Positions 14,546 to 29,322 of a stretch of 64,000 bases of DNA are shown one piece after another. This stretch comes from Eledone cirrhosa (Eukaryota). The notes under the pieces were generated by a model. That model had not been told where the DNA came from and did no database searches. It saw nothing but the letters and a program-made list of their open reading frames with translations. The stretch is from the NCBI GenBank assembly GCA_964016885.1, contig OZ024760.1:9796001-9860000 (forward strand). The letters are read 5' to 3'. Position 1 is the stretch's first letter. The number at the start of each line of letters is the position of its first letter. The position numbers were made by a program, and so were the translations under genes.

Positions 14546-15052
14546 GGATTGGCAGTATCGGTAGAGGGTCGGATGCCATGCTTTGGCGCATTGAGTTACG
14601 GCCCTTGCCATTCTGAGTTCAAATCCCGCCAAGGTTAACTTTGCCTTTCATCCTTATGGGGTCAATAAAATAAAGTACCAGTAATACACTGGGTAATTGC
14701 TGATAATCCATTTCAAATAATTGTTTCTACTTTTGGCACAAGGCCAGCAAATACCCAGTACATTACTGGTACTTTATTCCATATGGGGTCGATAAAATAA
14801 AGTACCAGTAATGTACTGGGTAATTGCTGGCCTTGTTCCAAAAGTAGAAACAATTATTTGATATGGATTGGCAGTATTGGTAGAGAGTCGGACGCCATGC
14901 TTTGCAGCATAGTTACGTCCCTTTATGGACCAAGTTCAAATCTCGCCGAGGTTAAATTTGCCTTTCATCTTTACGGAGTCGATAAAATAAAGTACCAGTA
15001 ATGCACTGGGTAATTGCTGGCCTTGTGCCAAAAGTAGAAACAATTATTTGAT
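14546..15052 (+). mobile_element. Cluster of family-2 tRNA-derived SINE copies, including an inverted fragment at about 14712-14779
   Basis: Box A-like tggcagtatcgg, box B-like gttcaaatc, shared body. Confidence 0.85.
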
Positions 15053-15055
15053 ATA

Positions 15056-15737
15056 TCATCATCATCATCATCACCATTTTACATCTGCTTTTCCCTGCTT
15101 GCAAGGGTGGGACAGGAACTGATTCTGGCTTCATTTCTACAGCTGGATGCCCTTCCTAACACCAACCTCACTTACAGTGAGTGCTGGGTGCTTTTTTGCC
15201 GTGGTGCCTCCACGACCACTTTGCAGTGGAATGATAGAGACCCCAGTCCCTATCATCTCATTTCTACAGCTGAGTATATATATACAATGAGATTATATCA
15301 ATCTAGAAAATATTGACTCACTGGTCATAACCCTTTAATGTAAATTTGACCAAAAACAGAGGGCACTCTTATAGATATTGTTATGAATACAACATTATTA
15401 ATTCATTTCATTTTTACGTCCACTTTTCCCTGCTTGCAAGGGCGGGATGGGAACTGATTCTGGCTTGATTTCTACAGCTGGATGCCCTTCCTAACACCAA
15501 CCTCATTTACAGTGAGTGCTGGGTGCTTTTTTTGCCGTGGTGCCTCCACGACCACTTTGCAGTGGAATGATAGGGACCCCAGTCCCTATCATCTCATTTC
15601 TACAGCTGAGTAAACTGGAGCAATGTGAAATAAAGTGCCTTGCTCAAGGAAACAACACATCGCCCGGTCTGAGAATTAAACTCACAACCTTTCGATTGCA
15701 AGGCCAATGCTCTAACAACTAAGCCATGTGCCTCCAT
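15056..15737 (-). mobile_element. Two composite SINE copies (partial 15056-15274; full 15405-15737)
   Basis: Near identity to 4224-4559. Confidence 0.85.
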
Positions 15738-16419
15738 CATATCCTAATATCTTGCATAAATCACTTACAATAGAGTAGAATATAAAAATATTGCTTACAT
15801 TGCATTAGCAATATCTAGTTCTAATAAATTCTTGGATAGCACTGTTTCTGGTCATGAAAAAACACAATAATCACCAATTAAATGGATAATTATTAATATT
15901 AAGAAGCTGACCTTCATCAGTAAGACATTCTTATTAATTAGGCAAGACATTAGCTGTCCATAATTAAGTTTGAGTTGAGAGACAAAAAGAACTCTATGGT
16001 GACTGTGTAGCAACTGTGATAGTCCTGGACAGTGGAAGGCAGGGAGGAATGCTAAAAATAGCTCACATACATACATCTGTGATGATTGGGGCACTGGGAT
16101 ATGTTAGTAATTGTCTCAGTAGAAATCTTGAGAAGCTGGACTTGTCAGAGCCAGAAAGAACATGACTCGTTAGTAAATTACAAGTACACCCCATTATTGG
16201 AGCAATAAAAATATGTAAAACATTCCAAAAATTCTGCATCAAGTAACTGTACATATACAAGACATATGCACATGCACACATATAACTCAAAACATACACA
16301 TCCACACATACAATAACATCCATACCTGCACACACACACACACATGCATGCATGCATGCATACATGCATACATATCTACTTAGTTGATGTTGTTTCAATT
16401 CCAATGAGAGAGTCTTGTG

Positions 16420-17477
16420 TCACCACCACCACCACAACAACAACCACTAACACCACCAACACACCCCCCCACCACAACCACCACCACCACAACCAACGCC
16501 AACACCACAACCACCACTAACACCACCATCACAACCACCACCACAACCACCACCACCACCAACAACCACTAACACCACCAACACACCCTCCCACCACAAC
16601 CACCACCACCACAACCAACGCCAACACCACAACCACCACTAACACCACCATCACAACCACCACCACAACCACCACCACCACCAACAACCACTAACACCCC
16701 CCCCCCACCCCACCACAACCACCACTAACACCACCACCACAACCAATGCCAACACCACAACCACCACCACCACAACCACCACCAACACCAACGCCACAAC
16801 CACCACTAACACCACCAATACCAACACCACCACTAACACCACCACCAAAACCACCACTAACAGCACCATCACAACCACCACCAGCACCACCACCACCACC
16901 AACACCACCAAAAACACCACCATCACAACCACCACCACCACTAGCACCACCACTAACACCACCACCACAACCAACGCCAACACCACAACCACCACCAACA
17001 CCACCACTAACACCACCACCAACACCACCACAACCACCACTAACACCACCACCACAACCACCACCAACACCACCACAACCACCACTAACACCACCACCAA
17101 CACCATCACCACCACCACAACCACCACCACATCCACAACCAACGCCAACACCACAACCACCACTAACACCACCACAACCACCACTAACACCACCACAACA
17201 ACCACTAACACCACCAACACCACCAACACCACCACAACCACCACTAACACCACCAACACCACCACAACCACCACCAACACCACCACCACCAACACCACCA
17301 CTAACACCACCACCACCACAACCAACGCCAACACCACAACCACCACTAACACCACCAACACCAACACCACCACTAACACCACCACCAAAACCACCACTAA
17401 CAGCACCATCACAACCACCACTAGCACCACCACCACAACCACCACCACCACCATCACAACCACCAACAACAACAACT
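16420..17477. repeat. (CCA/CAA)n degenerate trinucleotide tract
   Basis: Visible. Confidence 0.9.
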
Positions 17478-17564
17478 AAAGCTATAAAGAGAATTTATCA
17501 GGTTTTTAACCAGATATAGTTTGTCTTTTAATTGAATTTCTTGTGGTGTAAAAAGATGCTGGCT

Positions 17565-18815
17565 GTGTATGTATATATATATATGCGCGTGTGTATGTAT
17601 ATATATGTGTGTGTATGTATGTATATATACGTGTACGTATGTATATATATATATGTGTTTCTATGTATGTATATGTATCTGTATGTATATATATGTGTGT
17701 ATGTATGTATATATACGTGTATGTGTATGTATATATATGTGTGTGTGTATGTATGTGTATGTGTATGTATATATACGTGTATGTGTATATGTATATATAC
17801 GTGTGTGTGTATGTATATATACGTGTGCATGTATATGACTTTAGTTGTACATGTATGTGCGTGTGTATGTATCTCTGAATGTGTGCATGTAGATAGCTGC
17901 ATGTGTAGATGTGTTTATGTGTAGATGAGTGTGTGTGTATATATGTAACTTGAAGTGTGTGTATAGATGTGTGTGTGTATCGTGAATGTGTGTGAGTATT
18001 GTGAAGTGTGTGTGTAGATGTGTTTGTGTATAACTTGAAGTGTGTGTGTGTAGAGTGTGTGAGTGTGTGTGTGTATATATTTATAAACAAATTTAAGCAA
18101 ACGCATACACAAACAAAAACAAACACATATATGTTTGTGTATGTATACATGTATACACAAACATATGTATGTATACATGTATACACAAACATATGTGTAT
18201 GTATACATATATATACACAAACGTGTATGTATACATGTATACACAAACATATGTGTATGTACATTTATATACATACATATGTGCATGTATACATATATAC
18301 ACAAACCTATGTGTATGTATACATATATACACATACATATGTGCATGTATACCTATATACACAAACCTGTGTATGTATACATTTATACACAAACATATGT
18401 GCATTTATACATATATACACAAACATATGTGCATGTATACATATATACACAAACATATGTGCATTTATACATATATACACAAACATATGTGCATGTATAC
18501 ATATATACACAAACATATGTGTATGTATACATATATACACAAACATATGTGCATGTATACATATATACACAAACATATGTGCATGTATACATATATACAC
18601 AAACATATGTGTATGTATGCATATATACACAAACATATGTGCATTTATACATATATACACAAACATATGTGTATGTATACATATATACACAAACATATGT
18701 GCATTTATACATATATACACAAACATATGTGCATTTATACATATATACACAAACATATGTGCATGTATACATATATACACAAACATATGTGCATGTTTAC
18801 ATATATACACAAACC
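17565..18815. repeat. (TG/TA)n tract grading into a 30-bp minisatellite (aaacatatgtgcatgtatacatatatacac)
   Basis: Exact 30-bp periodicity at 18390-18812. Confidence 0.9.
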
Positions 18816-18929
18816 TTCTATAAATAGATATCTGCAAATATACACCTGAATTTACTCATAAGAGAATAAGTACTCAATACATTAATTAGATATATTTTTA
18901 TGCATTCTCATGTAAATAATGCGATTGTA

Positions 18930-19345
18930 TCATCATCATCATAACCGTTTTACGTCCGTTCTTCCATGCTAGCATGGGTTAGACGGGTTGTCCTGTTGTG
19001 GGCAGTGTCTGGTTGGCTGACCATGCCTTGCTCATACAGGAACTGATTTGGCTTGATTTCTACAGCTGGATGCCCTTCCAAATACCAACCTCATTTACAG
19101 TGAGTGCTGGGTGCTTTTTCGTGGCGCCTACACGTCCACTTTACAGTGTGGGATGTGTGCTTTTTTGCCGTGGCACCTCCACGACCACCTTGCAGTGGGG
19201 GTGCGGGGGCATATTGTCTATATGCTTCAGCTTGTACCCATGGGAGGTCGGGTACTCTGTATTACTGCATGACGCCAGAGGTCACGGTCGTGTGTCATCG
19301 CCTTTGAGAGGTGTAATTGGGTAAGGTCGGCTTTTATCACCTCAT
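18930..19345 (-). mobile_element. SINE / RTE-tail repeat
   Basis: Near-identical reverse complement of 54930-55284. Confidence 0.8.
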
Positions 19346-19952
19346 GTATATATATATATATATATATCATCATCATCATCATCGTTTAATGTCCATCTTC
19401 CATGTTAGCATGAGTTGGATGGGCTCTCCCTTTGTAAGGGATCGGGTCGGGGGGCCGTGATTCGCTCACTCAGAACTGATTTCGCTTGTATATATACATC
19501 ATCATCATCGTTTTATGTCTGTTTTTCCCTGCTTGCAAGGGTGGGGACGGGTCCTATTCAGCGCAGCATCTCTCCATTCGTCACAATCTCTCGTCATCTC
19601 CAGTGATCTGAGGTCAGCTCTCACCACTCTCACCCATGATTTTCGTATATCGTTTGACCTGTTTAGCCTGCCTCGTTTTTAGGGGGCTTAGGTGGATGAT
19701 GGCTTCTTGACCGCCATTCTCAGTTTGTTTGGCCTCTATAACCTATGTTTATTGCTCTGGTCTTTTTTTAGTCCATGGAGCGCTTGCCGCATAACTCGGA
19801 AATTGCTTTTCGCTTTGTTTTCGACCACTGCTGAAATTCGATCTTGCTGAAATGATATTTGTATATATTATATATATTATATATATATACAATGTTGTTG
19901 TTGTTGTTGCTCTCCTTAAACTACAGTGATGTTGTTGTTGTTCTCCTTGCAG

Positions 19953-20070
19953 GACAGTGATGTTGTTGTATTTCCTGATATTCGACCTGTCAGCGATCAC
20001 CATTATCTTGTCACACCAAAGCAACACATACGAGATGCCAAACACCTCACCAGTAAAGACATTCAACTTG
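19953..20070 (+). CDS. HINT3: HINT3-like histidine triad protein, internal exon A (DSDVVVFPDIRPVSDHHYLVTPKQHIRDAKHLTSKDIQL)
   Basis: ttctccttgcag acceptor, gtaagt donor, 118 bp, phase 0 to 1; HIT-family F-D-I-x-P...H-Y-L-V-x-P-K-x-H motif. Confidence 0.9.
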
Positions 20071-20094
20071 GTAAGTTTTCACTGGAACAAGTGC

Positions 20095-21960
20095 TCCTTT
20101 ACCTTTTTAGTTGACCCTCACTATATAAACCTATTTGATTTTTCAACAGACCATTGGTCCTTTATCTTTTCAGCTCACCCTCACTATATAAACCTATTTG
20201 ATCTTTCAACAGACCATTGGTCCTTTACTTTTTCAGTTGACCCTCACTATATAAACCTATTTGATCTTTCAACAGACCATTGGTCCTTTACTTTTTCAGT
20301 TGACCCTCACTATATAAACCTATTTGATTTTTCAACAGACCATTGGTCCTTTATCTTTTCAGCTCACCCTCACTATATAAACCTATTTGATCTTTCAACA
20401 GACCATTGGTCCTTTACTTTTTCAGTTGACCCTCACTATATAAACCTATTTGATCTTTCAACAGACCATTGGTCCTTTACCTTTTCAGTTGACCCTCACT
20501 ATATAAACCTATTTGATCTTTCAACAGACCATTGGTCCTTTACCTTTTCAGTTGACCCTCACTATATAAACCTATTTGATCTTTCAACAGACCATTGGTC
20601 CTTTACCTTTTCAGCTCACCCTCACTATATAAACCTATTTGATCTTTCAACAGACCATTGGTCCTTTACCTTTTTAGTTGACCCTCACTATATAAACCTA
20701 TTTGATCTTTCAACAGTCCATTGGTCCTTTACCTTTTTAGTTGACCCTCACTATATAAACCTATTTGATCTTTCAACAGTCCATTGATCCTTTACCTTTT
20801 TAGCCGACCCTCACTATATAAACCTATTTGATCTTTCAACAGTCCATTGGTCCTTTACCTTTTCAGTTGACCCTCACTATATAAACCTATTTGATTTTTC
20901 AACAGACCATTGGTCCTTTACCTTTTCAGTTGACCCTCACTATATAAACCTATTTGATCTTTCAACAGTCCATTGGTCCTTTACCTTTTTAGTTGACCCT
21001 CACTATATAAACCTATTTGATCTTTCAACAGTCCATTGATCCTTTACCTTTTTAGCCGACCCTCACTATATAAACCTATTTGATCTTTCAACAGTCCATT
21101 GGTCCTTTACCTTTTCAGTTGACCCTCACTATATAAACCTATTTGATTTTTCAACAGACCATTGGTCCTTTACCTTTTCAGTTGACCCTCACTATATAAA
21201 CCTATTTGATCTTTCAACAGACCATTGGTCCTTTATCTTTTCAGTTGACCCTCACTATATAAACCTATTTGATCTTTCAACAGACCATTGGTCCTTTACC
21301 TTTTCAGTTGACCCTCACTATATAAACCTATTTGATTTTTCAACAGACCATTGGTCCTTTACCTTTTTAGTTGACCCTCACTATATAAACCTATTTGATC
21401 TTTCAACAGACCATTGGTCCTTTACCTTTTTCAGTTGACCCTCACTATATAAACCTATTTGATCTTTCAACAGACCATTGGTCCTTTACCTTTTCAGTTG
21501 ACCCTCACTATATAAACCTATTTGATCTTTCAACAGTCCATTGGTCCTTTACCTTTTCAGTTGACCCTCACTATATAAACCTATTTGATCTTTCAACAGA
21601 CCATTGGTCCTTTACTTTTTCAGTTGACCCTCACTATATAAACCTATTTGATTTTTCAACAGACCATTGGTCCTTTATCTTTTTAGTTGACCCTCACTAT
21701 ATAAACCTATTTGATCTTTCAACAGTCCATTGGTCCTTTACCTTTTCAGTTGACCCTCACTATATAAACCTATTTGATCTTTCAACAGTCCATTGGTCCT
21801 TTACCTTTTTAGTTGACCCTCACTATATAAACCTATTTGATCTTTCAACAGTCCATTGGTCCTTTACCTTTTCAGTTGACCCTCACTATATAAACCTATT
21901 TGATCTTTCAACAGACCATTGGTCCTTTACCTTTTTAGCCAACCCTCACTATATAAACTT
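20095..21960. repeat. 63-bp minisatellite, about 30 copies, starting 24 bp after the exon donor
   Basis: Unit tcctttaccttttcagttgaccctcactatataaacctatttgatctttcaacagaccattgg. Confidence 0.95.
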
Positions 21961-22396
21961 ATATATATATTCATATTTTCACTTAAACAAGTGATCCTTC
22001 ATCTTTTTAGCCCCAACACCCACCCACCTCAGTGTATAAACTTGATCCAATAGTCCTTAATCTTTTTAGACCCCTCCCCCCCTCTCAATATATAAATAAG
22101 TCTAATGTTTTCACTTAGAATGTGCTCCTAGCTCAGCCTCAATATATAAACAAGTTCGTTGGTTCTGAACCCTTTTCTAGCTCTTACCCCTCCACAACAC
22201 AACATTTGATGCCACACTCCTCACTTCCTATAAAAAAACATGTTTGGAGTTAAGAAGATATAATGTAACATTCAGAAATATTGTCCCCTGGTCACAATAA
22301 GAAGCCTTACCCTGTTAAAGAACGGTTCGACCATCTGGGTTACATGACACATATCATATTATATCATGGGGTCCTTTTTGAGGGGCAATTTTTTCA

Positions 22397-24080
22397 GGTG
22401 ATAATGATAGTAGTGGTGGTGGTGGTGGTGGTGGGGGGGGTCGTCGTGGGGGTGGTGGTGATAATGGTGAGATGGTGCAGATGGTGGTATTGGATGTAGT
22501 AGTAGTGATGGTAATGAGGGTGGAGATGGTGGCGGTGATGGTGGTGGTGGGGGTGATGGTGCAGTTGGTGGTATTGGATGTAGTAGTAGTGATGGTAATG
22601 ATGGTGGGGATGGTGGTGGTGGTGGGGGTGATGGTGCAGATGCTGATATTGGATGTAGTAGTGATGGTAATGATGGTGGAGATGGTGGCAGTGATGGTGG
22701 TGGTGGTGGTGGTGGTGGTGGGGGTGATGGTGCAGATGGTAGTATTGGATGTAGTAGTGATGGTAATGAGGGTGGAGATGGTGGCAGTGATGGTGGTGGT
22801 GGGGGTGATGGTGCAGTTGGTGGTATTGGATGTAGTAGTGATGGTAATGATGGTGGAGATGGTGGCGGTGATGGTGGTGGGGGTGATGGTGGGGGTGATG
22901 GTGCAGATGCTGATATTGGATGTAGTAGTGATGGTAATGAGGGTGGAGATGGTGGCAGTGATGGTGGTGGTGGTGGTGGTGGTGGGGGTGATGGTGGTAT
23001 TGGATGTAGTAGTGATGGTAATGAGGGTGGAGATGGTGGCGGTGATGGTGGTGGGGGTGATGGTGCAGATGGTGGTATTGGATGTAGTAGTGATGGTAAT
23101 GAGGGTGGAGATGGTGGCAGTGATGGTGGTGGTGGTGGTGGGGGTGATGGTGGTATTGGATGTAGTAGTGATGGTAATGAGGGTGGAGATGGTGGCGGTG
23201 GTGGGGGTGATGGTGCAGATGGTGGTATTGGATGTAGTAGTGATGGTGGTGGTGGTGGAGATGGTGGCAGTGATGGTGGTGGTGGTGGTGGTGGTGGTGG
23301 GGGTGATGGTAGTATTGGATGTAGTAATGATGGTGGAGATGGTGGCAGTGGTGGTGGTGGGGGTGATGGTGCAGATGAAGGTATTGGATGTAGTAGTGAT
23401 GGTAATGAGGGTGGAGATGGTGGCAGTGATGGTGGTGGTGGGGGTGATGGTGCAGTTGGTGGTATTGGATGTAGTAGTGATGGTAATGATGGTGGAGATG
23501 GTGGTGGTGGTGGTGGTGGTGGTGGGGGTGATGGTGCAGATGGTGGTATTGGATGTAGTAGTGATGGTAATGAGGGTGGAGATGGTGGCAGTGGTGGTGG
23601 TGGGGGTGATGGTGGTATTGGATGTAGTAGTGATGATAGTGGTGGTGGTGGTGGTGGGGGTGATGGTGCAGATGAAGGTATTGGATGTAGTAGTGATGGT
23701 AATGGTGGCGGTGATGGTGGTGGGGGTGATGGTACAGATGGTGGTATTGGATGTAGTAGTGATGGTGGTGGTGGTGGAGATGGTGGTGGTGGTGGTGGTG
23801 GTGGTGGGGGTGATGGTGCAGATGGTGGTATTGGATGTAGTAGTGATGGTGGTGGTGGTGGAGATGGTGGTGGTGGTGGTGGTGGTGGTGGGGGTGATGG
23901 TACATATGGTGGTATTGGATGTAGTAGTGATGGTAAGGAGGATGGAGATGGTGATGGTGGTGGTGGGGATGATGGTGCAGATGGTGGTATTGGATGTAGT
24001 AGTAGTGGTGGTGGTGGTGGTGATGATATGGAGGTGGTGGTGGTGGTGTTGGTAGTGGTAGTGGGGTGGTGGTGGTGGTT
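22397..24080. repeat. (GGT)n-based variable-length minisatellite with recurring gtattggatgtagtagtgatgg
   Basis: Visible. Confidence 0.9.
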
Positions 24081-24140
24081 TTGAATAATTAAACATGGAA
24101 ATGCAAACAATATAACATTTTTATTTGTTTATTGATTAAT

Positions 24141-24172
<32 letters not shown>

Positions 24173-24254
24173 GGCTGTGGTGTGTATATTGGTGTGGACT
24201 GGCAATTGGTGTATGTTCCAATATATATATTACTGCATATATCTATATACAAGT

Positions 24255-24442
24255 GTATACATACATACATATACATAAATATATATACATAAATATATAT
24301 ATATATATAAATGAAAGGTATAGAAAACACTGCAGCGAAAAGCGAACAGTATTCCATATATATATATATATATATATACATATATGTATGTATGTGTATG
24401 TATATGTATGGATGGATATGTATGTATGTAAGTATATGTACG

Positions 24443-24473
<31 letters not shown>

Positions 24474-24633
24474 GTATGGATGGATATGTATGTATGTAAG
24501 TATATGTACGTATATATATATGTATATATATATATGTATATATATATATGTATGTATATATATATGTGTGTGTATTTTCATTATCATCATTATGAAAATA
24601 CACATGTATGTATGGATATGTATGTATATGTAC

Positions 24634-24714
<81 letters not shown>

Positions 24715-26161
24715 TATGTGGATGTATATATATATATGTGGATGTATATATATATATGTGGATGTATATATATATATGTGGATGTATATATATATATATA
24801 TATGTGGATGTATATATATATATGTGGATGTATATATATATATGTGGATGTATATATATATATGTGGATGTATATATATATATATATATATATAGATGTA
24901 TATATATATATATATATATATATAAGGATGTATGTATATATGGCTATATATATGTATTTATATACATATATATAGAGAGAGATTTGTGAATACGTATGTG
25001 TGTGTGTATAACAGTGAGATATGTATATTGACATATACATATGAAATATGTATTATACACCCTTACCCCCATATGAATACTACCACCACCACCACACTAC
25101 CACCACCACCACCACCATCACTACCGCCACCATCACTACCTCCATCACCATCACTACCATCACCATCACTACCACCACCACCATCACTACCGCCACCATC
25201 ACCATCACTACCACCACCACCACACTACCACCACCATCACCATCACCACTACCACTACACCACCACTGCCACCATCACCACCACACCAACACCACTACCA
25301 CTGCACCACCATCACCACTACATCACTACACCCCACCATCACCACTCCACCACTGCACCCCTACCACCACCAACCTACCACTACCCCCACCCACCCCACC
25401 CCTAAACCCCCCCACCATCACCATTACCAACACCATCACCACGAGCACCACCATCACCACTACCACCACCACACTATCACCACCACACTACCACCACCAC
25501 CACCACACTGCCACCACCACACTGCCACCACTACCACCACACCACCACCACCACACTACCACCATCACCACACTACCACCACCACACACCACCACCACCA
25601 CACACCACCACCACCACACTACCACCACCACACCACTACCACCACAACCACACTACCACCATCATCACCACTACCACCACACCACCACGCTACCACCACC
25701 ACACTACCACCACCACGCTACCACCACGCTACCACCACACGACCACACCACCACCATCACCACACCACCACCACCACCACACTACCACCACCACCAGTCT
25801 TCACACATATCTAGAATGTTCCAGATGAAAGTCTCCAGTGTGACAATATTTAACCCTTTCCTGGCCACAGCCAATGTTATTCAACACCGAATATATTAAC
25901 CCAGATTTCAACAAATGTCTCTTATTCTTGCCTTTGTTGTTGTTGTTGTTGTTGCCGTTGTAGTTGTTGTTGCTGTTGTTGTTGCTGTTGTTGTTGTTGT
26001 AGTTGTTGTTGCTGTTGTTGTTGTTGCTGTTGTTGTTGTTGCTGTTGTCCAGAATCAACTAGTTTGAGAGATTGTTGATTGGAGATGTATGTACATCTAC
26101 ATATGCACACATACACACACAGACTTACACACCCACACACTCACACGCCCATACACACAGA

Positions 26162-26210
<49 letters not shown>
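24255..26210. repeat. Run of (TA)n, (CAC)n, (TTG)n and (CA)n microsatellites
   Basis: Visible. Confidence 0.85.
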
Positions 26211-26211
<1 letters not shown>

Positions 26212-26509
26212 GCATCATCATTTTTACAGCCATTTCTCCACGGTTGGATGGGTCCTTCTCAGCACAGCATCTCTCCACTAGCTGTGTTTCTTTGTCATTT
26301 CCTTTGTGAGTCTCAGCAATTTGAGGTCAACTCTTACAACCTCTGCCCAGGTCTTCCTTTATCTACTTCTACTGCAGCTTCCATCCACTGCCATTTCCTG
26401 GCATTTCTTCACCCATTGATCATCATTCAACACATCACCACCTATTTTCAGTGCCGATATTTGAGATCAATCTCACCATCTTCCTCAGAAACAACATATA
26501 TCATTTTTC

Positions 26510-26840
26510 ATCATTTCATTTTACGTCCGCTTTTTCCCTGCTTGCAAGGGTGGGACGGGAACTGATTCTGGCTTGATTTCTACAGCTGGATGCCCTTCCT
26601 AACACCAACCTCATTTACAGTGAGTGCTGGGTGCTTTTTTGCCATGGCACCTCCACGACCACTTTACAGTGGAATGATAGGGACCGCAGTCCCTATCATC
26701 TCATTTCTACAGCTGAGTAAACTGGAGCAATGTGAAATAAAGTGTCTTGCTCAAGGAAACAACACATCACCCGGTCTGAGAATTGAACTCACAACCTTTC
26801 GATTGCAAGGCCAATGCTCTAACCACTAAGCCATGTGTCT
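26510..26840 (-). mobile_element. Composite SINE copy
   Basis: Near identity to 4224-4559. Confidence 0.85.
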
Positions 26841-26999
26841 AATTATATATATATAATTAGACATAGTTGCAGATACATATATGAGTTTGGCTACCTTCCA
26901 CGGTGTGGCTCGTTTAAATGATTTTTTATGTGGTTGATTTATACGGACTAGGGAGAAGAAATACTGTATATATTTTATTTAATAGTTCTTCAAACTTGC

Positions 27000-27047
<48 letters not shown>

Positions 27048-27050
<3 letters not shown>

Positions 27051-28890
27051 CTAGGCAAGAAGCTAGACAACAAGTATACTTTGCAAAGAGGGAAGCAGAG
27101 GATAGTAAGTTCAAGCATATTCTACAACAGGTGTACTTGCCCTCACTGATAGTTATAAGAAGGTAGCTTGGATGTGTCACTACGAGAGACTACTGGATGT
27201 GGAGAATGAATGGAATGAAGATAGTCTGTCCCACAGTGATCCAACAGAAGGACTAGCTATGCAAGTTAATGGTAGAATAGTAAGTAAGGCAATCAGAGAT
27301 ATGAAGACAGGCAAGGCAGCTACTCCTTCGGGGATTGTTGCTGAGATGTTGAAAGCACTGCAATGGTGAGACATATTATGGTCACCTGGATAGTAAACCA
27401 AGTAATACAGAATGATTGGCGTAGCAGCAGCATCGTTAACTGTAACAAAGGCAAGGGAGATGCTCTAGATAGAGAAAAATTTAGAGGCATTAAGTTAGTT
27501 GACCAGGTCATGAAAGTCACAGAAAGAGTTATTACTCAACTGATTAGAGACCAAATTGATCTAGATGAAATGCAGTTTGGGTTTGTGCCAGGTAAAATTA
27601 CCACGGATGCTCTTTTCCTTGTACGGCAATTACAGAAGTACCTAGCTAACAGTAAACCCCTCTACTTAGGTTTTGTTGACCTGGAGAAGGCCTTTGACAG
27701 AGTCCTACGCACCTTTATCTGGTGAGCTCTTAGAAAACTCTATACATGGCTTGTGAGAGCTGTACAAGCCATGTATAGAGGAACAGTCAACAAGGTTAAA
27801 ATTAACAATGAATATAGTGATGAATTTAGCGTAATAGTAGGGGTTCACCAAGGCTCCGTCCTTAGCCCCCTCCTGTTTATTATTGTCCTACAGGCTATAA
27901 CAGAAGGGTTTAAGACTGGCTGCCTATTGGAACTTCTATATGCAGATGATGTAACTCTCATAGCTGAATCCATGACTGAACTAGAGAAGAAGTTCCAAAC
28001 ACGGAAGCATGACCTAGAATCAAAAGGCCTGAGAGTCAACTTGTCTAAGACTAAAGTTCTAGCATGTAGAAAGAAAAATAGGGCACAGGTGCCCTCAGGG
28101 AAATGGCCATGCTCAGTGTGTAAGAAAGGAGTAGGCAGAAATTCCATTCTATGTTCCAAATGCAAACTATGGGTACATAAAAGATGTAGTGGGATCACAG
28201 GTAAGCTATCTAAGAATGTAGATTTTATATGCAGCCAATGCTCAGGTGCAGTAATTAGCAAGGACCCACTGGATGCTATCTCCTTCAACTGCCCAGATGG
28301 TTCTGTAGAAATAGTAGACACTTTCAATTATCTGGGTGACAAAATCAGCAGTGGAGGAGGGTGTTCTGAAAGTACAGTAGCCAGAGTTAGAACGGGATGG
28401 AAATAGTTCAGAGAGCTAATACCACTGTTGGCCACAAGGGGTTTTTTCTCTAAAAGTGAAAGGCAGATTGTATACGATGCTTCTATATTAATGGTGATAT
28501 TACATGGTAGTGAGACCTGGGCATTGTGTGCTGAAGACTTGCGTAGATTAGAAAGAAATGAAGCTTGCATGTTCCGATGGATGTGTAATAGTAATGTACG
28601 CGAATGGCGAAGCATAAACAAATTGAGAGAGAGAGACTAAGCATAAGAGGTATCAAATGTTGTGTTCTGGAGAGGAGATTGCGTTGGTATCGACATGTGA
28701 TGCATATGAAGGACGACAGCTGTATAAAAAAGTGCAGGGCATTGAAAATTGATGGAAGCTACGGAGTGGGTAGACCAAGAAAAACCTGGGACGAGGTGAT
28801 AAAAACTGACCTTGCTCACTTACACCTCTCGAAGACAATGACACTGGATCGAGATCTTTGGCACCATGCAGTTGTACAGAAGACCTGACT
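27048..28890 (+). mobile_element. 5'-truncated, decayed RTE-type LINE (reverse transcriptase with Cys-rich finger)
   Basis: QFGF, FVDLEKAFD, GVHQGSVLSPLLF, LLYADD, YLG and GRPRKTW motifs across frameshifted ORFs; CxxC...CxxC...HxxC...CxxC finger. Confidence 0.92.
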
Positions 28891-29057
28891 GCTATTGCAT
28901 ACAAACCTAGTCAGTAGGCACCTCTTAACCCAATGTAAACCCCACCTCCACACCTCTACCCCATCCTCCCTCTCTTGCCCCATCCACTGTGTGATCTATG
29001 ATGGTGGTGGTGGTGATGTTGCTGGTATTCAGGGAGGCTATATAGCCAAGGTAGTGA

Positions 29058-29322
29058 AGGCGCGTGGCTTAGTGGTTAGAGCATTGGGCTTGCAATCGAA
29101 AGGTTGTGAGTTCAATTCTCAGACCGGGTGATGTGTTGTTTCCTTGAGCAAGACACTTTATTTCACGTTGCTCCAGTTTACTCAGCTGTAGAAATGAGTA
29201 CCGGCCTTCCCGCCCAGCCAGTGGGATGGCATTATCTTATGGCTAAAACAGCACAACGTGCTGTGACCAGCGGCGCCGATTGGCGCCCGGCAGACTGGTC
29301 GGTCAAGGTGATCAAAGTGATA
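29058..29322 (+). mobile_element. tRNA-derived SINE, family 1 head with a different tail
   Basis: Box A tggcttagtgg, box B gttcaattc, cttgagcaagacact body. Confidence 0.8.

Noticed and set aside
22354-24110. Poly-T/P/H/V ORFs (also 16.6-17.5 kb and 57.9-59.7 kb)
   Set aside because: Trinucleotide low complexity with no splice or homology support
29058-29130. tRNA gene
   Set aside because: A/B boxes continue into a multicopy SINE body and no clean cloverleaf is evident
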